NCBI RefSeq assembly: GCF_037042905.1
Contig: NC_087252.1
Coordinates: forward strand, 19,780,001 to 19,844,000
Direction: 5' to 3'
DNA length: 64,000 nt
From: Lytechinus pictus
Taxonomy: Eukaryota
Part shown: piece by piece, positions 40,500 through 54,119 of the stretch
How the letters are laid out: each line of letters begins with the position of its first letter
Numbering within the stretch: the stretch's first letter is position 1
The notes under the pieces: model-generated
The model's input: the letters and a program-made list of their open reading frames with translations, nothing else
Told to the model about the DNA's origin: nothing
Databases searched by the model: none
Translations under genes and position numbers: made by a program

Positions 40500-41320
40500 A
40501 CAAGTGGAACGCCTCTGGCAGTCTCGCCTACATTACGCAATTTAATATAGCAGCAGTGCTAACTTTGAAAACTACTATAAAATAATCATTCACAAAAACA
40601 TCATTCATATAATGACATAATACCACGTTCATTGACCATAAATGACATTTGAACGGAGACTTAAGACTGTCAACTACACCCATGTCCACATTTCATTCAC
40701 TCTATCCATAAACTTTCAAAGTTATGATGGCACTTCAACAATTACCCCAACATGGCCTAAGTTTATTGACCTTAACTGACCTTTGACTTGGTTTTGTGAC
40801 CTGAAACTCACAGGGGATGTTCAGTGATGCTTGATTACTCTTATATCCCAAGTGTTATGAACTAGATCCATAAACTTTCATAGTTAGGATGGTAATTCAA
40901 CAAATACCCCCAACACGGCCAAAGTTCATTGACCTTAAATGACCATTCACCAAGGTCATGTGACCTGAAACTCGCACAGGATATTCAGTGGTACTTGATT
41001 AACCTAATGTCCAAGTTTCATGAACTAAATCCATAAATTTTCAAAGTTATGATGGTAATTCAACAAATACCCCCAACTTGGCAAAAGTTCATTGACCCTA
41101 AATGACCTTTGACCTTGGTCACGTGACCTGAAACTCGAGCAGGATGTTTACTAATACTTGATTAACCTTATTCCCAAGTTTCATGAACTAGGTCCATATA
41201 CTTTCTAAGTTATGATGTCATTTCAAAAACTTAACCTTAGGTTAAGATTTGATGTTGACGCCGCCGCCGCCGTCGGAAAAGCGGCGCCTATAGTCTCGCT
41301 CTGCTATGCAGGCGAGACAA
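40500..41320 (+). mobile_element. Helentron/HINE(DINE-1)-like element with ~165-bp internal tandem repeats
   Basis: Inserted in an A-run (empty site at ~43281-43295); subterminal gtctcgcct / aggcgagac; 3' hairpin gtctcgc..gcgagac followed by aaaaa. Confidence 0.7.
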
Positions 41321-44256
41321 AAACCAATAAAATACATAAGGCCCCAAAACTAAGAAATACGTATGGAATTATAGAACCAATACATAAGATTAGAAATTTG
41401 ATTTACCATTTTTTTCAGGAGCACATTTGTTTAGAAATCATAGAATTTGGGGAATTATTTAGAGATTTACCTTTAAAGCAGAGAATTCTATATTTAGGCA
41501 TAAATTAGCATTATTAATTTATTAAAAATAAATTTAAATTCTGTAAAATCAGCGATACACCCTTAGCTCCATGCTTGCAGATTACATTGATGGTGACGTG
41601 TGTATTGGTTTTCGTTGCGATCGACGGAGATCTGAAGAGGGGGACCAAAAAGCCTCCCCCCCCCCCCGGGCTATGCAATCTAAAAGCAGCCCAGGATTAT
41701 TATGTAGGGTAAACCAAATTTTTAATATATTTGTTCATTTAGTAAGAGTTTACTGTAAATACACAGTAAAGGCCCAGGTCCATGGTTAGCCTCCCAAATA
41801 GGATAATTTTCATCTCTATTTGGCTACTGAAAATGGAATATTTAAAGCAATGTTCTATCAAACCAAAGGTAGATAATACAGAGAAAATATTTCTTTAGAA
41901 CACATGTATGATATAGATCTACTCTACCTTCTGAAGACGAGGCAGGAAATCAAATATGGTTGGGACAGCATCCTGTCTAAGACGTGTCACTTGCCCAGTC
42001 CTGTCAAAGCTACCATCTTCAAAATGAGCAAAACGGAGTACAAAGCTCTTGGAAGAATTCAATGAAGCTCGCTTCATATTGACCATCCATACTGTGTTAC
42101 AGTACCGGTTCAGTCCAACGGCTGAATGGGAATCTGCAGCAAATGTAAACACATGTCATAAAATCAATAACACATAATTAAGAAAATTTGACGTGTCCAA
42201 AGGACACAGATGCCCCTGCTTAACGCGATCAGAAATCCATTCAATATGATTGAACTTAATATCATACAGAAACCAATATGCATATATATATAATTAACAA
42301 ATTCAGACCTTTGAACCGACTTGCATATATAATGAGATGTGACCTTTGACCTACGGACTCCGAATTCGAACTTAGCCTGTATTTTGTGGTCATCTACCTA
42401 CACACCAATTTTTTTTTTAAATCCATTAAATATTTTTCGAGTTATTGCGCGGAAACCCAAGTGGGGGGGGGGGGGGGGACGGACAGGGGCAACGCTTAAT
42501 GCCCCCTCTGGGCTTCGTCTGTGGGGGCATAAAAACTCTAGGCCTACATGTACTCAGCAGGGGCCCGTTTCTCAACACTTGGACAAGTTAGTCATATAAC
42601 TTTATCTACCAAACACAGAGTTAGTTCCAATCTTACCCAAAAGGATTAACTAGAATCCATTGATATCGTATACTATTGGTGGAAAGTACATGAAACGTAG
42701 CCTTAGTCACAAAATAGCATAATTTTCAAAAAGTAAAATTATGATAAAACCTAATAATAATAATAATCCGCTTTTATATAGCGCTTAATACATCGAATGA
42801 AAAGATAGCTTAAAATTTTTCAATTAAATATTTGATAATACATGAAGAATAATATTTATTTAGGAATCAAACTTTTTCCAGTGACTTGCAACAAAATAAA
42901 TGTTTTTTTTTTTATATTCATGATGATATATTAACCCTATCTAGCCCCTGGGGGGGGGGGGCTTAATAAGCCCCCCTATCCACATTTTTCACGATAAGTC
43001 CAAAATGAGAAACGAGGTACCACAATTTTTTTTTCGTTCAATTCTCGCAGAGCTTTTGAGACCAAATTCGAGACGCCCGGATACGCAGTTACCCAACATT
43101 TTATGAGTTTATGTTGGACCAAAAATTGCTAGAAAATATTATTTTGTATACATATTTAATCCAATGGAAATTCTGTTTTCAGTCATAATTGACAAATGCA
43201 TCATTATTCTTGCACTGATTGGTTGAAAATAATCAAATCTTTGCTTTTTATAATTGGAATAGTACCACGAAGTGATCCCATTGAAAAAAACCAATAAAAT
43301 ACATAAGGCCCCAAAACTAAGAAATACGTATGGAATTATAAAACCAATAAAATACATAAGATTAGAAATTTGATTTACCATTTTTTTCAGGAGCACATTT
43401 GTTTAGAAATCATAGAATTTGGGGAATTATTTAGAGATTTACCTTTAAAGCAGAGAATTCTATATTTAGGCATAAATTAGCATTATTAATTTATTAAAAA
43501 TAAATTTAAATTCTGTAAAATCAGCGATACACCCTTAGCTCCATGCTTGCAGATTACATTGATGGTGACGTGTGTATTGGTTTTCGTTGCGATCGACGGA
43601 GATCTGAAGAGGGGGACCAAAAAGCCTCCCCCCCCCCCCGGGCTATGCAATCTAAAAGTAGCCCAGGATTATTATGTAGGGTAAACCAAATTTTTTATAT
43701 ATTTGTTCATTTAGTAAGAGTTTACTGTAAATACACAGTAAAGGCCCAGGTCCATGGTTACCCTCCCAAATAGGATAATTTTCATCTCTATTTGGCTACT
43801 GAAAATGGAATATTTAAAAAAAAAGGAGGAATTACCTCCTTTTTTGTTGGAAAAGTATTGTAGGATATGATTTTAATTACTGAATATGTTAAAAAATAGC
43901 TCAAAGTTATATTCTCATGAAAAGTTGATTTTTTTTCTCGCTCGCTTCGCTCGCTCAGGACTTATATATATATATAAAGCAGCCTTTTGGCACATGTTCT
44001 ATACTGCGCCCCTCGTTGTTTTTTTGTTTTGTTTTTTACTTTTCACGCTACTGCCGCAAATAATCCTCTTCACAGTGGCGCGTACAGACCACCGTGACAA
44101 AAAAGGAATCTAAAGAGAGAAGAATTAAATAAATTTATTATCTGGATATCATGTCAAAATCTATCACAAAATTGGATTTTTGTATTAAAAAGGTTAAAAA
44201 AAATTGCTCGCTCGCTTCGCTCGCTCGCAACTTTTTTTAAAGATAAGTTCTGGCCT

Positions 44257-46968
44257 TCTCAAAATAGTCGCCTTACTACACCATTACGCCTATTCATACC
44301 ATGATATGACCGGGAAATTTTTGGCTCTTGCCCCCCCCCCCCTGGCCACCGAACCCTGTTACGCCGCTGTAAAAATGCTGTGCATCATCATCATCATCAT
44401 CTACCTACACACCCAAATTTTTTAAAAATCTGTTGAATATTTCATAAGATATCTTTAAGGAGCTGTGATCTTTGACCTGCAGACTCCGAATTCAAAGTTA
44501 GCCTGTACTATGGTGTCATGTACCTACACACCAAAATTTTTTTTAATCAATATATATAAATCGAAATATATTTCGATTTATTGCGCGGAAACCAAGTGGG
44601 GGGGCGGGCGAATCAACGGACAGGGGCAACGCTTAATGCCCCCTCCGGACTTTGTCTGCGAGGGCATAATTACCAAGGAGCTGCATTTCTCAAAATAGTC
44701 GCCTTATTACACCATTACGCCTATTCATACCATGATATGACCGGGAAATTTTTGGCTCTTGCCCCCCCCCCCCCCCCCCTGGGCACCGAACCCTGTTACG
44801 CCGCTGTAAAAATGCTGTGCATCATCATCATCATCATCTACCTACACACCCAAATTTTTTAAAAATCTGTTGCATATTTCATAAGATATCTTTAAGGAGC
44901 TGTGATCTTTGACCTGCATACTCCGAATTCGAACTTAGCCTGTATTGGTATCATCTACCTACACACTCAAATTTGTTTAAATATGTAGAATATTTTAAAA
45001 GTAATCATGTGGAAACTAAATTGCATATTTAATGAGCCGTGACCTTTGACCTGCCGACTACGAATTCGAACTTAACCTGTATTTTGGTGTCATCTACCTA
45101 CACACTCAAATTCGTTTAAATATTTAGAATATTTCATAAGTAATCATGCGGAAACTAAATTGCATATTTAATGAGCCGTGACCTTTGACCTGCCGACTCC
45201 GAACTTAGCCTGTATTTGGTGTCATCTACCTACACACCATAATTTTTATAAATCTGTTGAATATTTAATAAGTCATCATGCGGAAACCAACTCGGATATT
45301 TCATGAGCTGTGACCTTGGACCTGCAGACTCTGAATTCAAAGTTAGCCTGTACTATGGTGTCATGTACCTACACACCAAAATTTTTTTAATCAATATATA
45401 TAAATCGAAATATATTTCGATTTATTGCGCGGAAACCAAGTGGGGGGGGGGGGGGGCGGGCGAATCAACGGACAGGGGCAACGCTTAATGCCCCCTCCGG
45501 ACTTTGTCTGCGGGGGCATAATTACCAAGGAGCTGCATTTCTCAAAATAGTCGCCTTATTACACCATTACGCCTATTCATACCATGATATGACCGGGAAA
45601 TTTTTGGCTCTTGCCCCCCCCCCCTGGCCACCGAACCCTGTTACGCCGCTGTAAAAATGCTGTGCATCATCATCATCATCATCTACCTACACACCCAAAT
45701 TTTTTAAAAATCTGTTGAATATTTCATAAGATATCTTTAAGGAGCTGTGATCTTTGACCTGCATACTCCGAATTCGAACTTAGCCTGTATTGGTATCATC
45801 TACCTACACACTCAAGTTTGTTTAAATATGTAGAATATTTTAAAAGTAATCATGTGGAAACTAAATTGCATATTTAATGAGCCGTGACCTTTGACCTGCC
45901 GACTACGAATTCGAACTTAACCTGTATTTTGGTGTCATCTACCTACACACTCAAATTCGTTTAAATATGTAGAATATTTCATAAGTCATCATGTGGAAAC
46001 CAACTCGGATATTTCATGAGCTGTGACCTTGGACCTGCAGACTCCAAATTCAAAGTTAGCCTGTACTATGGTGTCACATACCTACACACCAAAAAATTTT
46101 TTAATCAATATATATAAATCGAAATATATTTCGATTTATTGCGCGGAAACCAAGTGGGGGGGGGGGGGGGCGGGCGAATCAACGGACAGGGGCAACGCTT
46201 AATGCCCCCTCCGGACTTTGTCTGCGGGGGCATAATTACCAAGGAGCTGCATTTCTCAAAATAGTCGCCTTATTAATGCACCATTACGCCTATTCATACA
46301 ATGATATGACCGGGAAATTTTTGGCTCTTGCCCCCCCCCCCCTGGCCACCGAACCCTGTTACGCCGCTGTAAAAATGCTGTGCATCATCATCATCATCTA
46401 CCTACACACCCAAATTTTTTAAAAATCTGTTGCATATTTCATAAGATATCTTTAAGGAGCTGTGATCTTTGACCTGCATACTCCGAATTCGAACTTAGCC
46501 TGTATTGGTATCATCTACCTACACACTCAAATTTGTTTACATATGTAGAATATTTTTAAAGTAATCATGTGGAAACTAAATTGCATATTTAATGAGCCGT
46601 GACCTTTGACCTGCCGACTACGAATTCGAACTTAACCTGTATTTTGGTGTCATCTACCTACACACTCAAATTCGTTTAAATATGTAGAATATTTCATAAG
46701 TCATCATGTGGAAACCAACTCGGATATTTCATGAGCTGTGACCTTGGACCTGCAGACTCCGAATTCAAAGTTAGCCTGTACTATGGTGTCACATACCTAC
46801 ACACCAACATTTTTTAATCAATATATATAAATCGAAATATATTTCGATTTATTGCGCGGAAACCAAGTGGGGGGGGGGGGGGGGCGGGCGAATCAACGGA
46901 CAGGGCCAACGCTTAATGCCCCCTCCGGACTTTGTCTGCGGGGGCATAATTACCGAGGAGCTGCATTT
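44257..46968. repeat. Four tandem copies (~430, 850, 715, 715 bp) of a unit that is single-copy in the left arm (~26820-27665)
   Basis: Recurrent novel junction ctgcattt|ctcaaaatagtcgcc at ~44688, ~45540 and ~46255. Confidence 0.9.
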
Positions 46969-48234
46969 GAAGCGAGCCTGAATCAAGGCTGTGAAATTTA
47001 TTAGCGCCACCATCTGGCTTCCTTTTATTTGCGTAAAAAGAAGAGACACGCGAAGTCACTTTCTAGTCCAAACTCCAAAGTAATCAAATTTGCTTTTTTT
47101 TTAAATATGATTTTGATTTAATTAAAAATATACTATTGACTTTTTGTATTATGGCTACTCACCGCAAAGCGCCCCGGTGAGTAGCGAGGAGTTTCGGCAA
47201 AAATTAATTCTGTAAAAGTTGGCGGAGTACAGCAAGTCTGCATATGCCGACTTAACCCAAGACAAGACAAGTATTGTAATGAAGCGATGTTTGCCAACTT
47301 CACAGAAATCCAGGGCCAAATGCAGTTTGGTGTACGAGGTTAGTACTATAGTCGATCTATACATTTACTGTAGCAACTATATGTAGCAACTAACCTCGAA
47401 CTAGTAATGAGTGGGGCCAGGACCAGTACCACAACTATACTAGTACAGCAGACGATGGTTTGTGTAAGCTCCACTACACTTCACTACGGCTAACCTCCGC
47501 TTCACCTATAGGCTATAGTGGAGTGTTTAATGGCTCTCTATACGAACCATCGCCTGATTTTTTTAGGCCTAGTCACTCAAGGGTTCATTACATGCCGCCG
47601 CGCACAGAAAAATCAAGCAATAGAAGTTGTGTGTTGTGGACACCAGAAGTGGGATCACAGCACGCGTGACCCACTAGTTAGAAATCCATTGCCAAACGTG
47701 GTTAATGGTGCGAGGTTAGTATACTAATACTAACCTCGCAATACGCGTGAGTCACTGAGTGGAGTAGCCTAACGTTAGTTAGAGTTTCATACGGCATGTA
47801 CGGCCAGGCATCAATAACTTTTGTTGTCATCCAATTTCAATGAAATTTTCAGCATTTTGCTCGGAATGAATTTTACATTATTTATTAAGATCAAGGCCTA
47901 AATATCTTCAACCTGTATAATTCATAACCATTTTACTTTTTAGGTGTGCAGAAAAGACCACCCCCCCCCCATGGTCTGCTGACTACAGTACATAAACTTA
48001 AATACACGGGACTAGTATTGTTACACAGCTTTTTGCAAATGCAAGTTTGGTAACGACTAACGAATTCCCATTTTTTTTTCAACGTAATTTTGAAGTCGAA
48101 AACATAGCTGAACTTACGAATGCAATGTCCGTCCACATCCTACCGATTAGAGCAGTTGTATGCAGCTCATGTAGGCATGAATAACGTGAAATCTAAGCTA
48201 ATAAGTTCACCAACATGCCAACCCTTGTAAAAAA

Positions 48235-49640
48235 AAACCATGGTTTGATGTTAAGGTAAAACCATGGTTTTGCATTGGATCCATCGTACAGTAATTTCAT
48301 AGTTTAACCATAGTAAGATATGGTTTAATTATGGTGAAATCATGGTGCACTAGTGTTTAACCATAGTTAAACTATAGCTTTAGCATGGGTAAACCATGGT
48401 AACCATGGTTAAATGGTGTTAAATTGGAACGCACTTACCATGACATTACTATGGCATAACCATGGTCACAACTGTGTTTTTACCATATTTTAACAATGGT
48501 TAAGAAAGTATAAAACCATGGTAAAGAGAAGGTGAAACCATGCTTAGAAAAAGGTGAAACCATTGTTTTACAGCTGCCAAACCACATAATTACAACCCGA
48601 ATCACGGTAAAACCATAATCAATTTTATGGTAGACCCACCTTTTGACCATAGTGCAATATTGTATGATGATGGTTAAACCATGTCAAAGTACTGTCTAGC
48701 CATGGTTTAACCATGGTTTACCACGGTTAAACTATAGGTTTAGCATGGGTAAACCATGGTAACCATGGTTAAAAGGTGTTAAATTGGAACGCACTTACCA
48801 TGACATTACTATGGCATAACCATGGTCACAATTATGTTTTTACCATAGTTTAACCATGGTTAAGAAAGTATAAAACCATGGTAAAGAGAAGGTGAAACCA
48901 TGGTTAGAAAAAGGTGAAACCATTGTTTTACAGCTGCCAAACCACATAATAACAACCCAAATCACGGTAAAACCATAATCAATTGTATGGTAAACCCACC
49001 TTTTAACCATAGTGCAATATTGTATGATGATGGTTGAACCATGTCAAAGTACTGTCTAGCCATGGTTTAACTATGGTGTACCACGGTTAAACTATAGGTT
49101 TAGCATGGGTAAACCATGGTAACCATGGTTAAAAGGTGTTAAATTGGAACGCACTTACCATGACATTACCATGGCATAACCATGGTCACAACTGTGTTTT
49201 TACCGTACTATAACCACGGTTAAGAAAAGGTGAAACTATGGTTAAGAAAGTATAAAACCATGGTAAAGGGTAGGTAAAACCATGGTAAAGCGAAGGTGAA
49301 ACCATGGTTAGAAAACGGTGAAACCATTGTTTTACAGCAGCCAAACCACATAATTACAACCCAAATCACGGTAAAACCATGATCAATCATATGGTAAAAC
49401 CACCTTTTAACCATTAGTGCAATATTGTATGATGATGGTTAAACCATGTCAAAGTACTGTCTAACCATGGTTTAACCATTGTATACCACGGTTTAACCAT
49501 AATGTGCCACAGTTAATCGATGGTTTCATTGTAGATAAACCATGGCTACCATGGCTTAACCGTGGTTACAACCTTGTTTTTATTGTGGTAAATCCATCGT
49601 TTCAAAGTGTCTTTACTATGGTTAAGAAAAGGTGAAACAA
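48235..49640. repeat. Left subterminal AACCATGGTT-rich array, 360-bp period
   Basis: tagcatgggtaaaccatggtaaccatggtt at 48381, 48741 and 49101. Confidence 0.92.
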
Positions 49641-50439
49641 TGATTTAAAAACAGAAACAGCGATAACAAAAGGACCTTGGACCAGCAAATTTGACTGTTA
49701 TATTGGGAATCTCTGTATATTGAGTTTCTAGTGTATCAGCGAAAGAAAAGAGTCAATTAAAATACAGTTACAATGTACACATTCGGCTACATCATCAAAG
49801 AGCCACATTGGTGATGGTATAATAAGAAATTACATTTAAAATTGTAGGTCAGTCAGACAGATAATATGACAGAGGTCATATTCCACACTACACATCGCCA
49901 CTTATTGTATCAATCAGTGAGTGATCACACAATGACCTAAAAAGGGACAAAATGCAAATCAGTGTTAAGAACAACGCAATGAAAACTTTTAATAAAAATA
50001 AAGTCAAACACATCTAATACAGTACTACATGTACAGCTCTGGAAACATTACCCAAGTTAGCTGACAAAAGAGGCAAGTCTTTATACATGGCAGGTTTGAA
50101 TACATATCTATAAAAGAACCCACATAAATTTTAATACATTCTTTATAAATTTTGTACTTTTCACACAAACAGTTAGCACAGATATGGCAAGCTAAACTAA
50201 GTAAGGAATGTATACATGTACTCCTGAAAACTGTTTTATTACTGCTGATTTCATATAACTGATTTGGCCAAGAAGACATGTTAGAAAGACTTTATACAAA
50301 AAACAAAAGAAAATAACTAGATGGATTCTCGACTGCACACAGTCGAAATTTATGCCTCCGCCATTGCCACTAGATCAGAAATATGTTGCACAGGTAATTT
50401 CCCATAAATCTTCAAATTTGTTCTATTCTTTTTATATTA

Positions 50440-50811
50440 AATAATTTATGCCTTATCCCAACATAAATAAACACTGAATGTTCAGTGCATGTTTGAGCTG
50501 CTAAGAAAAAAATTTACAGGCCGGCTCGGGTAGGAATCGAACCCACGACCCTCTGGTTATCAGACAGGCGTCATACCACTTGACCACCGAGAAGCCCGAT
50601 GGCTGGTAGCTGGTTTGATTCACATAATACCAGCAGGTACAGTACTGTGTTGATATATCACATAATAGCAGCCAAAAGCCATCGGGCTTAATTCCTGGTG
50701 GTCTAGTTGTATGACGCCTGTCTAGTAACCAGGAGATCGTGAGTTCGATTCCTACCATAGCTGGCCTGAACATTTGGTGTTCACTTATATTTGGATAAGG
50801 CAAAAATTATT
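50440..50811. mobile_element. Palindromic element with two divergent tRNA-like arms
   Basis: TIR aataatttatgccttatcc / ggataaggcaaaaattatt; tRNA-like ~50525-50592 (-) and ~50695-50765 (+), each with A box and ttcgattcc B box. Confidence 0.65.
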
Positions 50812-51487
50812 CAATAAAATTAAATCTACCCAATGGAAAACCTTGATTGATATTTTCTATTATCATATTGATCACTCTCATATATGCATCCAAGAACCAT
50901 TAATATTGAATCTACAAGCAATTGTGACAAGAGACATGAACTCTTAGACCTTTGAACTTCTCAAGTCAATGTCATAATGGTTGCATTGTCCATATTTGAA
51001 ATTGATCTATCGAAGTCTTTGGTTTATCACAAGAACAATTTCATGCATACACTGACCTACAATCAAACTTGATATATGAAAATAATTTTTAGTATTCATA
51101 AAACACAAGAAAATTACTAAATGGATAAAAAAGTTGTAAGTATATGACCTTTATGACCTTTGAACTTGGCCCTGCAACCCCCCCAAATTACCCCCCCCCC
51201 TATATCAAGCATATATGTACCAAGTTTGGAGTTACTTCCTCTAACATTCCTTTAGTTACACAAGAACAAGATATATTAAGGCATACTGACCTCTGTGACC
51301 TTTGACCATGTGACCCCAAAAATCCAATCAGATCATTCTCCCTCTATTATGTATATAAAGAATGTACCAAGTTTGAAGTTATTAGCTCCAATGGTTAAGT
51401 TATCACAAGAACAGGACATTTTAAGGTATATAACGACCTCTGTGACCTTTCACCCGTGACCATAAAATCAAAACAAAGTATTATCCC

Positions 51488-52570
51488 CAGTCAGACTGCA
51501 GGTCCCAAGAAAGTGGCTTCTTTCATCCAAGTGATATTCATGACTTGAGATGTTTTGCATATTTAATGAGCTTGATGCGGACCAAAACACCCCTTTTCAT
51601 TCGGTCATTGCTGCTTTAAAATTGTGCATCGAATTTCATGAATTTGGTACCATTGTAAAGAAGAAGAATCATTCTTTCAGGTCATGTGTTTGGATTTATT
51701 CAAAGATTTTGTAATATAGGTTAAAATTTTGATCTAAAATATGCTACAAAATAAATATTTTCACCTGACAAAAGCTGCTATTTTCACACTTTATTTTTGT
51801 TTGAGCCCAAATGATTTTTATATCATGATAAAGCTGAATATGTATGCTTTGAAATGATATAGGTTTCAAAATAAGAATTGGTTTAATCGGGTCAAGATCA
51901 CACTTTTAATTTGCCAAGTACATAAAGCAGCTTGAAAACAAGAATACTGCACTCTGATTGGTCAAAGAGACCGCACAATGGCAAATTCCAATTCCAGTGC
52001 CTGGGTTCGTGGGAAGGTCACACTTCCCATGTGGTAATCTCCTCAAATACCCCGCGCCTGTTGTTCTGTGAATCTTATCCAGCCAATCAGAACTCTGGAT
52101 TTCATGCAAGTACAAAATTTCAGAAATCTCGTCTTGTACCTTGGTGGGAAAAGTGTGATCTTGACCCGATTAAAAGGTGCTGCATATCAAGAGTGGCATT
52201 GTGAGAAAGTACAGAAGTTCAGCTTTATGTTGATATAAATATCATTGAGGCTCAAAATAAAAAGTTTTGCACAATTTGCAAAAGAAAACAGAGGAAGAAA
52301 ATTCAGTTTTGAGGCACATTTTCAGGCCAGAAATTTACTTATTTAACAAAATATTGTATACAAAATAAATGACCAATATGAAAGAGTAACTTTTACTCTA
52401 TCTGATGGTGCAATAATATTTCATTTAACTTGAGGTTAAAACAGGTAAATTCTTAGAGAAAGAAAATCTCACGAATCACGAGATTTTGCAAGGAGGAGGA
52501 TTCAGCCACGAGATGATTTGGATGAATCTGGCCTTTTTGCTCATTAGCATAGGGACCTGCGGTCTGACTG
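51488..52570. mobile_element. Non-autonomous TIR element with 4-bp TSD
   Basis: TCCC|CAGTCAGACTGCAGGTCCC ... GGGACCTGCGGTCTGACTG|TCCC; internal inverted match 51886-51907 / 52149-52170. Confidence 0.75.
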
Positions 52571-52963
52571 TCCCCCCAGGATATACCCTCATACCAAGTT
52601 TGATGTAAAACCACTCCACGGTTCTTGAGATTTCGACAAAACAAAACGGGACGGACGTACGGACGACCCGAAAACGTAATGCCTCCGGCCACTTCGTTGG
52701 CGGAGGCATAAAAAATCATAAATATTCTAAATAAATTAAGAGTTAGCACAGATATGTCAAGCTTAATTAAGTATGGAATGCAGAATGATGTCATATACTC
52801 CTGAAAACTGTTTTTTTTTTGCTGTTGATCTTATAAGATTTGGTTTGACTGAGAAGACAAGGTAGAAAGACTATATGTATATACAAAAAAAAAATCCCTG
52901 AATAAACTAAATAAATTAATGTACTTTTCACACACAGAGGTAGCACAGATATGGCAAGATTAA

Positions 52964-53514
52964 AGGACAAGTCCACCCCCCCAAAAAAAAAAATAAAAAC
53001 CTTGATTTGAATAAAAAGAGAAAAATTCAACAAGCATAACACTGAAAATTTCATCAAAATCGGATGTAAAATAAGAAAGTTATGACATTTTAAAGTTTTG
53101 CTTCATTTCACAAAACGCTTATATGCACACCTCAGTCGGTATGCAAATGAGGGAACTGATGACATCACTCACCCACTATTTCTTTTGTATTTTATTATAT
53201 GAAGTATGAAATATTTTGATTTTCTCGTCATTGTCATGTGAAATGAAGTTTCATTCGTCCCTGAACGCGTGGAATTCAATTATTTTAACATTTTGTGCTT
53301 CAGGCAAGGAGGTCCTAATCATCAAATTCGTAAAAATTGAAATATTGTATAATTCAAACAATAAAAAACAAAAGAAATAGTGAGTGACATCATTGGCTCA
53401 CCTAGTTGTGCATATCACTGTTTTGTTGAAAATAAGCGAAACTTTAAAATTTCATGCTAGTTTGATTTTTCTCTATCTATTCAAATCAGCATTTTCCTGG
53501 GGTGGACTAGACCT
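52964..53514. mobile_element. Kolobok-like MITE
   Basis: TTAA|AGGACAAGTCCACCCC...GGGGTGGACTAGACCT|TTAA. Confidence 0.8.
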
Positions 53515-54119
53515 TTAATTTGAAGATTAGAGACATTGAGTCAAATTTTCAAAAACAGTCAATGAAACATACACTACTCAATGCATCCTCTTCCCAGTGA
53601 TACATGCTAGCAGGTTTTACATCCATATTTCATACTGTTAAGGTGACATTGCATTAACAAAGATATTACCTGAATTTCACAAATTTACTTTCGAGCTACA
53701 TATTCCAAAATATATCCAGATCATCTCCTATAGTGGTACATGTTAGCACCAAGTTTCACATTTATATTTCAAATTGTTAAGGTGACAATGTGTTTAAACA
53801 AATAAATTTCACAAATTGACCTTTGACCTACATATTCCAAAATCCATTCAAATCGTCTTCCTAATGATGGTACATGTTAAACACCAAGTTTTTACATCCA
53901 TACCTCAAGCTGTTTAGGTGATATTGCTTTGACAAGAAAATAACCTGAATTTTACATACAAGGACCACATATGAAGTTCACACCTTACGCAGTCTTGAAT
54001 AAATTAAGTTTATGAGCAAGTTTGGATAATCCATGTGGAGTTAGAAGTTTCCAATACATTCTGTAAATCACTGTAATAGGGAAACATTGAGTAAGCAACT
54101 CTATCAACGTCCGTCAGCA

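Larger units (their letters stand above)
39230..48178 (-). pseudogene. THAP zinc-finger gene remnant, right arm (exons 48178-~48115, 42133-41928, 39454-~39230)
   Basis: Mirror copy; ORF track 41919..42152 shows HFEDGSFDRTGQVTRLRQDAVPTIFDF and 39284..39505 shows EDHSYSISESPR. Same exon-1 stops as the left copy. Confidence 0.85.
50315..52712 (+). mobile_element. Helentron/HINE-like element with nested insertions
   Basis: 5' tatgcctccgcca matches 3' tggcggaggcata; 3' hairpin atgcctccg..cggaggcat + aaaaa; tgaccttt/ccaagttt repeat units. Confidence 0.65.
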
